Part shown: one piece after another, positions 57,550 through 64,000 of the stretch
How positions within the stretch are numbered: position 1 is the stretch's first letter
Layout of the letters: the number at the start of each line of letters is the position of its first letter
Virus record (IMG/VR): IMGVR_UViG_3300037419_000842
Length of the DNA stretch: 64,000 nt
From: a virus
Strand: one strand, 5' to 3'
The notes under the pieces: generated by a model
Database searches by the model: none
Told to the model about the DNA's origin: nothing
The model's input: the letters and a program-made list of their open reading frames with translations, nothing else
Program-made: the position numbers and the translations under genes

Positions 57550-59457
57550 TTAGATATTTTTAGAAGCATTAACTTCAAATGCGAACGTAACGTTCGCAGA
57601 TGGCAGAACGTCAGCATTTATCCTAAATGTAGTAGCAGTTATAGTGTCAATCCAATACTTATTAATTCCATTTAGTGGCCCCATTGGAGTTAATCTAATT
57701 CCTGAACTACTTGGGATTATAGATAATCCATGAGAAATAGTCATATATGGATTTGGACTTGTTCCAGATGCTGGATTTGTAAAGTCTTGAGAGCTTCTTC
57801 TTTCAGTCACATAACCTTTGTTTGCGCGTGCTACAGAAGTGTTTGCGAGTGCAGGCGCATTAGCCGTATCAGCATTTCTAGTTAATTTTGTTCCTGTAAT
57901 GTCCATTAGATTGTTTTCTGCAATGAAGTTATATCCTGCTTCATTTGTTTCAATGATTCCATTCAAACCTGAGCAATAATTATTTTTTACATCTACTCCA
58001 TTTGTGCATTGTAAACTAATTGCAGTTCCTTGGTCAATCCTGATTCTACCATTTGTTACACTTCCGTATCTCGAAGTATATCCACCTACAATTCCAACTA
58101 TAACTCCATTTCCTGTGCTACCAGTTGCCAAGTCAACGATTGGTTCATTTACAGTAAAGAAGTCTACTTGTTGTAATGTAATTCCATTTCCTGTGCTTAC
58201 ACGTGGATTGAACACTTTTGGCCTTTTCATATAAACATCTTTGCAGAATTGAATAACAAATCCTGTTCCTTGTGGTTTGTACATTTTAACATTGTCAATG
58301 TCAATACCATTTACATAATTTATAATTGCTCCACTTCCAGCCGCCTGCGTACAGTCAAGTTGAATATTAGACAAAGTAATATCTTGAATTCTCTTAAGAC
58401 CTGATCTGTCATCAATCCATATTGCAATACCTGCATTATTAACATCACTGTATCCAATCTTTCCTCTGATATTATTAATTGTAATATTCTGAATAATTTT
58501 ATCAGTAGAAGGAAGATCAGTTCTTGGAGTAGTGCTAATAAATTGCCATGTAACTGTTCCATCTGTTGCAGTTCCTGAAGTGTGAGTAGGTGCTACAGTT
58601 CCAGTAGTTCCTGCGACTGTGCAGACATAAACATTGCCTCCACTTGGGCCATTAACAACAATTACACTATTGCCAACTGCATATGTAGTACTAGCCGTCC
58701 AGACTGGCTGTGCAAGCATTATTTTAATGGCAGATGCTTTACGAGAATTAAGAATACAATTAGATACTGTTACATTCTTAATTGTATCATCAAAACTATT
58801 TTCAACTGTAAAAGCAATAGCATCATCTACTGAGTTTACAATGCAGTTAGCAACAACAATATCAGAACCGCCGCAAAAATGTATTCCATCAGTGAAAAGA
58901 TCAACACTATCAAACTGATTGCTAAGAGCATCCATGTCAAGTCCGTCAAGAACAACTCTTGTACATTTTCTAAAAATAGTCATCCAATCAGCATGTGCGC
59001 CTCTGATTCTTGTACCAATTATTTGAAGTCCATCTACACCCCAAAAACCAATATGTTTTCCTGTTTTTGTATTATCAAAACAAGTAATGCTTCCACCAAC
59101 AACTTTAATATTTTTATTCCCATTTACTGTATCTTTGTTTTGTATAGTAGAACCAGAAGTTCCTTGTGTGTTAAAATTACGAACTAATTTTGCATTTTCA
59201 TGAAGTACAAGAGTGGCATTATCGCCAAGTTTAAGCGGATTGTTTAATATGTATGTACCTTCTGGAACATATGCTCTTTTATTAGAAATAGATGCAACAT
59301 CAATAGCTTTTTGAATTGATGGCTGATAGTCGAATCCATTTGCCGTGGCTACTCTTAGATTGCTGTATTCGCTTGCACTTATATCTGTGGCTCTTTGTGA
59401 AAGATTATTCACTTCGTCGCTGTGTTTAATTTCAAAGTCTTTACTAAATAAGCTCAT
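57550..59457 (-). CDS. Right-handed beta-helix glycosidase/depolymerase-like protein
   Basis: IQKAID...YVPEGTY, TDGIH, DDAIA; inserted WTASTTY...PTHTSGTATDGTVTW module. Confidence 0.75.
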   Translation of the reverse strand: MSLFSKDFEIKHSDEVNNLSQRATDISASEYSNLRVATANGFDYQPSIQKAIDVASISNKRAYVPEGTYILNNPLKLGDNATLVLHENAKLVRNFNTQGTSGSTIQNKDTVNGNKNIKVVGGSITCFDNTKTGKHIGFWGVDGLQIIGTRIRGAHADWMTIFRKCTRVVLDGLDMDALSNQFDSVDLFTDGIHFCGGSDIVVANCIVNSVDDAIAFTVENSFDDTIKNVTVSNCILNSRKASAIKIMLAQPVWTASTTYAVGNSVIVVNGPSGGNVYVCTVAGTTGTVAPTHTSGTATDGTVTWQFISTTPRTDLPSTDKIIQNITINNIRGKIGYSDVNNAGIAIWIDDRSGLKRIQDITLSNIQLDCTQAAGSGAIINYVNGIDIDNVKMYKPQGTGFVIQFCKDVYMKRPKVFNPRVSTGNGITLQQVDFFTVNEPIVDLATGSTGNGVIVGIVGGYTSRYGSVTNGRIRIDQGTAISLQCTNGVDVKNNYCSGLNGIIETNEAGYNFIAENNLMDITGTKLTRNADTANAPALANTSVARANKGYVTERRSSQDFTNPASGTSPNPYMTISHGLSIIPSSSGIRLTPMGPLNGINKYWIDTITATTFRINADVLPSANVTFAFEVNASKNI

Positions 59458-59658
59458 TGTTATTCCTCCTTATATTTATTTTATCTCTCATATGTATATC
59501 AAAGGTGCTTAAAATAAAATATTCATTATTAATTATAGCATGATATACAAAAAATGTCAATTTAACTCAATGTACAAATCAAGTTTAAATTTTGTTCTAT
59601 TTGTGTATCTGACATCATATAATGTTCCTATAAGACTAATTAAGGAGATGATTTTAAA

Positions 59659-59922
59659 ATGTTGCTTAAGATTAATGGTATTCCTGACTCTGTTATTGAA
59701 ACTGCTAAAGGAGCAGTAAAAGATGTAGGGGAAAGACTTAATGATTTTGGTTCCGACTATATAAACATGTTTACAGAACCAAGTTTTCACAGCGTAGGGG
59801 AGACGATTCATTCAGGCTATATGGTTCATACTCATATACTAGCTGACACGTGCGATGTTGCTGTAACAACTGGTAAGGTGGTAATTGGTGTTGGAGTTGA
59901 TTTGATACAGTGTTTGTTTTAA
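59659..59922 (+). CDS. Hypothetical protein
   Basis: 87 aa with RBS GGAG. Confidence 0.55.
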   Translation: MLLKINGIPDSVIETAKGAVKDVGERLNDFGSDYINMFTEPSFHSVGETIHSGYMVHTHILADTCDVAVTTGKVVIGVGVDLIQCLF

Positions 59923-59951
59923 AAAAAGAAACCCACTCAATTGAGTGGGTT

Positions 59952-60692
59952 TTATATTTTTACATAATATATATTAGCTTCTCCATTTTTTCCCTTCTCG
60001 AACTTCTGATGATATATTTTTAAAAAACCATGATCTTCTAACTTTTCTATATACTTAGCCAAGGTTGTTTTACTTATGTCCAACTCTTTTGCAAGATTAC
60101 TAAATGAAACTTGATATTTTTCAAACTTATCATTCTTATACTTTAAATATGCACAGATATACATAGCATTAACACCTAAGTCTTCGCACCCCATCATAAA
60201 CTTAAACGAATCAAAATCAATCAGATGTGTATTGGAGACCTCAAAGAATGTCCCATCAATAATACACTCTTTCTCTGACTCATCTGTTCTATGAAAACAT
60301 TTAAGAGGGTACTTGACTTTAAAGTTTCTATCTGATATAATTGGAATAGTCGCCTTACTTTTTACCTCACTTATAGTATCGAACCGAAGCAAATGATTTT
60401 CATCGACATACCAATTTACAGGGTAATTTGTTGTAGTTAATGTATATCCAATTAAGTCAAGTACTCCATCCTTCTTTATAATATAGTCAACTTTCTTCTG
60501 AACTGGAGAGTATCCAAGAAACTGTTTGATGTCTGCCTGAGTGTTCTTCTGGTCAGCCTGATACTTGCAATAACGATACAGATACGTTACATAATAATAA
60601 TAACAATAAGCAAACGCTCTGTGATTTACGTTTTCAATGTTAGTGTTTAAATCTTCAAAAATTTCGTTAGGCATGTACACGTGCTCGGTCAT
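59952..60692 (-). CDS. wHTH DNA-binding protein, possible replication initiator
   Basis: C-terminal LAKELDISKTTLAKYIEKLEDHGFL...NIYY wHTH. Confidence 0.5.
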   Translation of the reverse strand: MTEHVYMPNEIFEDLNTNIENVNHRAFAYCYYYYVTYLYRYCKYQADQKNTQADIKQFLGYSPVQKKVDYIIKKDGVLDLIGYTLTTTNYPVNWYVDENHLLRFDTISEVKSKATIPIISDRNFKVKYPLKCFHRTDESEKECIIDGTFFEVSNTHLIDFDSFKFMMGCEDLGVNAMYICAYLKYKNDKFEKYQVSFSNLAKELDISKTTLAKYIEKLEDHGFLKIYHQKFEKGKNGEANIYYVKI

Positions 60693-60783
60693 ATAGTAAG
60701 CCTCTTTTCTAAAGGTTATGTTTTTGGTATGCTATGAATGTATTATAAAATAAAAACAGCATAAAGTCAAGGAGGAATTTTAA

Positions 60784-61122
60784 ATGGTAAGAACATTTAC
60801 AACAACTAATGGAAGTATTTATAAGATAATTAATGAAGGAAAAACAAAAAGGTGGAAGGCGGCAACAAACGAGTACTTCCCTGAATCAGATAAAACTGTT
60901 TACTTAGACTATCAAGACGCAAGACTTGTTTCAAATTTAATAGCTGTAGGATCGTGGGTTAAATTAAAAGAAGTTTTAATTGTTGTTTTTGGCGACAAAG
61001 AAGATGCTCAAATTGAATTTATTGAAGAGCCAAGAGTTTGTTACTCTCCATTTGAAATATGGGGAAGTGCTAATGATCCAAAATCTATCCATTTAGGAAA
61101 TATAATCCAAGAGGTGTATTAA
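60784..61122 (+). CDS. Hypothetical protein
   Basis: 112 aa with RBS GGAGG. Confidence 0.65.
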   Translation: MVRTFTTTNGSIYKIINEGKTKRWKAATNEYFPESDKTVYLDYQDARLVSNLIAVGSWVKLKEVLIVVFGDKEDAQIEFIEEPRVCYSPFEIWGSANDPKSIHLGNIIQEVY

Positions 61123-61124
61123 AA

Positions 61125-61382
61125 ATGAAAAAAGATAGTAAATTTATTCATAGTGATTATTGGATGATTGAATCAGTTTTCCTTGAAGAGATTGTTGATG
61201 CAGAAATTGAAGACGAAACTTGGGAAGGCATTAATGGAAGATTTAAAAACATCATAAAAGACACCATAAAGCAGTATAAGGAAATTATTAAAAAGTGCTA
61301 TCTTCAACAAGGCATGGAATGCACTGACGAAATGATTGAAGAAAACTTGAAGTATATTAGAAATAAACGGAAGGAAAAATAA
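61125..61382 (+). CDS. Hypothetical protein
   Basis: 85 aa with RBS GAGG. Confidence 0.6.
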   Translation: MKKDSKFIHSDYWMIESVFLEEIVDAEIEDETWEGINGRFKNIIKDTIKQYKEIIKKCYLQQGMECTDEMIEENLKYIRNKRKEK

Positions 61383-61501
61383 TTTTATGAAACTATTGAA
61401 AACTTTAGTATTTTGTGCTATACTACTAATTGTATTCGTAGCAACGCTTATTGGAACGATTTATTGTATCTCTATACTATAACCGGGTGGGGAAGTGTTC
61501 T

Positions 61502-61948
61502 ATGAGAACAAACCATTTAGAAGCCGCAATTAAGATAGCATGTGACGCACATGAATTCCAAGTTGATAAAGGCGGAAAACCGTACATTCTGCACCCATTA
61601 GCAGTTATGGCTAGAGCACAAACAGAGGACGAACAAATTGTTGCAGTGTTGCATGACGTTCTAGAAGATTCAACATATATGGTTGATGATTTGATTAATG
61701 CTGATTTTCCAATGCATATTGCTAAAGCTGTAGCCGCTATCACAAGACGTAAAGATGAAAGTTATATGGATTTTATTAAACGCCTTTGCGAGAATGATCT
61801 TGCAAGACAAGTTAAAATTTATGATCTTCAAGAAAACATGGATTTGTCAAGATTGAAGGTTATTACAGACGAAGACATTAAAAGAAGAGAGAAATATATT
61901 AAGGCTTTAAAATATATTACGGAATTTGGAATGGGGAGTATACAATAA
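61502..61948 (+). CDS. HD-domain small alarmone hydrolase-like protein (Mesh1/SpoT HD)
   Basis: AH..QVDKGGKPYILHP, AVLHDVLED, VKIYDL..N; start re-called to MRTNHL. Confidence 0.8.
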   Translation: MRTNHLEAAIKIACDAHEFQVDKGGKPYILHPLAVMARAQTEDEQIVAVLHDVLEDSTYMVDDLINADFPMHIAKAVAAITRRKDESYMDFIKRLCENDLARQVKIYDLQENMDLSRLKVITDEDIKRREKYIKALKYITEFGMGSIQ

Positions 61949-62015
61949 TGAAATATATTTTTATGGGTCAAGTTGTGGAGAATACAACAAAGACGATGAA
62001 TAAGGAGAAGATAAA

Positions 62016-62285
62016 ATGAGTAAAATTGACTTTGATAAAATTGAAATTGATTATAACTATTATGATCTAAATACTACGGTTGAATACGCGATAAATGGCG
62101 AAAAAGAGCTTGTTTATTTCGGAGTAAGTGAATACAATAAAAATCTTGATGAAACCGTAGAAATTTTTCTTGGATTTACATTGGATGAGGCACAACAACT
62201 TGCTTTGAAACTTCTTGGAATTGTTGATGAGATTCAGAACACATGGACAAAAGAATTGATTAATGAATCAAGAAGTGAAAAATAA
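62016..62285 (+). CDS. Hypothetical acidic protein
   Basis: 89 aa with RBS GGAG. Confidence 0.6.
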   Translation: MSKIDFDKIEIDYNYYDLNTTVEYAINGEKELVYFGVSEYNKNLDETVEIFLGFTLDEAQQLALKLLGIVDEIQNTWTKELINESRSEK

Positions 62286-62348
62286 TGGATTTAATAATTG
62301 CACTGCTTTTTATGGCATTTGTTATATTATCTATTGTATGGATTGAAA

Positions 62349-62376
62349 AAAGGAGATAGTGACTACTATCTCCTTT
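62349..62376. terminator. Bidirectional terminator
   Basis: AAAGGAGATAGT-loop-ACTATCTCCTTT. Confidence 0.65.
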
Positions 62377-62387
62377 GTATGTTTATA

Positions 62388-62981
62388 TTAGTTTTCAACT
62401 TGTACAAGATTGCCATTCTGCTCCATTACAAACTTCTTGTTAGAAGTTTCTGAAACTTCTTCTTTAACAGCTATCAACCGAGCTTGATTTATCACTCGCA
62501 ATACTGACTTGTACTGTTCTTCAAGTTCATCACATTTTTGTTGTAATTCTGCTTTTTCGACAAGAGCTTGTTCAAGCTTAGAGCGTAAGGACTGTTCTTC
62601 TCCAACAATTTTTGTAACGAATCTACCGATTTTATTGATGCTTGCTAGAATATCATTATCAACATATTCAGTAACTTCGGCAAACTTGGTCATGCTGAAG
62701 ATAGAGTCTTTTGTATTTAAGTGCTTTCTTTTGAATTTCAAATCGTTCTCAGCAAGATTTTTGCTAAGTCTCTTCGTATACCAACGATTACGACAGTTAA
62801 AATAACTTCTATGTCCAAAGAGTTCAGCCGCATATTCAAGACCGTCCTTGACAACGCCTTTTTCCTTTACTGCATCAACAATAATTTGGTCCATTTCATC
62901 TGTCCATTCAATCTTGTCCGATTTGTTTAATACCTTTTTCCTCTCTTGTTTATTTGTGAATGTAGCGATTCCCAATGCCAT
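62388..62981 (-). CDS. RsfA-like (Myb/SANT-type HTH plus coiled coil) transcription regulator
   Basis: WTDEMDQII...RSYFNCRNRW pattern and a C-terminal coiled coil. Confidence 0.55.
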   Translation of the reverse strand: MALGIATFTNKQERKKVLNKSDKIEWTDEMDQIIVDAVKEKGVVKDGLEYAAELFGHRSYFNCRNRWYTKRLSKNLAENDLKFKRKHLNTKDSIFSMTKFAEVTEYVDNDILASINKIGRFVTKIVGEEQSLRSKLEQALVEKAELQQKCDELEEQYKSVLRVINQARLIAVKEEVSETSNKKFVMEQNGNLVQVEN

Positions 62982-63135
62982 TTAAAGCACATCTCCTTTA
63001 TTTTGTTTAATGTTGTTTCTCTATTCATATATTAACAAGATATGTACTTAATATCAACTGTAATTTTTTTCTTATTGATTTCGTACATAGAATATCCTAT
63101 TATTGGGTAAGACTAAGATATGGGAGGCAATATTA

Positions 63136-63231
63136 ATGAATGATCGTCAAAGAAGAATGCCCTATATAGCCTTGGGCACAATACTTGTGGCAACATTGCT
63201 TTATATTGCAGTTAGACTTATGAAGGGCTAG
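63136..63231 (+). CDS. 31-aa membrane peptide MNDRQRRMPYIALGTILVATLLYIAVRLMKG
   Basis: RBS GGGAGG; single TM segment. Confidence 0.5.
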   Translation: MNDRQRRMPYIALGTILVATLLYIAVRLMKG

Positions 63232-63262
63232 GCATTATAATAAGAAGTGGAGGTGGGAGCAA

Positions 63263-63505
63263 ATGAAACAGAAAAAACCTGTTGAAATTGAAATGGCATT
63301 AGATCAACTTAAAATGGAGATTGCACAAGAGCTAGGAATTGATTTAAGGCCAGATGGCTACAATGGACACTTGACTACGCGAGAAGTTGGTTTATTGGGA
63401 GGCAACATGGTACGGATGCTTGTGGCAATTGCTATGACTGAATTCAACGGAATGGATGCTGAAGATTTGCATAGAGAAATTGGACATAGGTTGTATAATA
63501 AGTAA
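63263..63505 (+). CDS. ssp: alpha/beta-type small acid-soluble spore protein
   Basis: ALDQLKMEIAQELGI...NGHLTTREVGLLGGNMVR. Confidence 0.85.
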   Translation: MKQKKPVEIEMALDQLKMEIAQELGIDLRPDGYNGHLTTREVGLLGGNMVRMLVAIAMTEFNGMDAEDLHREIGHRLYNK

Positions 63506-63517
63506 GGGGAGTGCAGA

Positions 63518-63919
63518 ATGCCATTCGTTAGAGATATTAAAGAAAGCAGAGAATATCTTCACAAGGTTTTGGCATATGCTGACCATCACGCAGACAAAGC
63601 ATACGCTATTGTAGCATCTTTGTATGGATGGATTGTTTGTTACAGTGACAATGCTGAGTTTAGGGCGCGTTCTGGCATTAAAAATGCAACGGGAAATGTT
63701 GCATATGTTACGATCAATGGTGTAAACTACAGCTTTAATTATGACCATCAAACGCAGACAGTTAAAGCTTATAGGCGTGTTGGCATGAATAATGTGGCTG
63801 TAGCTGAATTTACTGGTTCAATGACGCCAAAACAAATTGAATATGAATTTGAATGTATGCGAAATTTAAAAAGCGAATTGATAAAAAAGTATTTACTCAA
63901 TCAAGTTTTAGTAAAGTAA
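63518..63919 (+). CDS. Hypothetical protein
   Basis: 133 aa with RBS GGGGAG. Confidence 0.65.
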   Translation: MPFVRDIKESREYLHKVLAYADHHADKAYAIVASLYGWIVCYSDNAEFRARSGIKNATGNVAYVTINGVNYSFNYDHQTQTVKAYRRVGMNNVAVAEFTGSMTPKQIEYEFECMRNLKSELIKKYLLNQVLVK

Positions 63920-63923
63920 AAAC

Positions 63924-63955
63924 AAAGAAGGGAGCCTAAATTGGCTCCCTTCTTT
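63924..63955. terminator. Intrinsic terminator
   Basis: AAAGAAGGGAGCC-loop-GGCTCCCTTCTTT. Confidence 0.7.
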
Positions 63956-64000
63956 GAGTCTGTGATAAAACTCCTGCATCTGAAATATATTTATTCATCA

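Overview
A 64-kb piece of a large temperate siphophage genome (or phage-plasmid) from a spore-forming Bacillota host, organised like SPbeta. Positions 1-29.4 kb (minus strand) hold a complete morphogenesis module: tail fibres, Tal, Dit, tape measure, tail tube, head-tail connectors, major capsid, protease/scaffold, portal, terminase, and YonJ/YonK-like genes. Positions 29.5-36.5 kb hold about 15 tRNA or tRNA-like genes, many non-canonical, interleaved with an HNH endonuclease, a beta-helix protein and two unannotated structured RNAs. Positions 37-44 kb carry an SGNH hydrolase, PIN-PhoH, HU and a RecD2 helicase. An inverted-repeat/AT-rich origin candidate follows. A plus-strand operon then encodes TubR/TubZ-like partition proteins, small membrane proteins, an M23 peptidase, a large P-loop ATPase and a Replic_Relax-like relaxase, interrupted by two antisense NUMOD4-HNH genes. 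The right end has a tyrosine-recombinase-like protein, a GT2 glycosyltransferase, a second beta-helix protein, an HD alarmone-hydrolase-like protein, an RsfA-like regulator and an alpha/beta SASP. The strongest candidate for an undescribed system is a 208-aa coiled-coil gene followed by a ~340-nt closed, highly structured ncRNA containing a 12-unit 7-nt periodic track (35179-36238). All family assignments come from motifs recognised by eye; no database searches were run.
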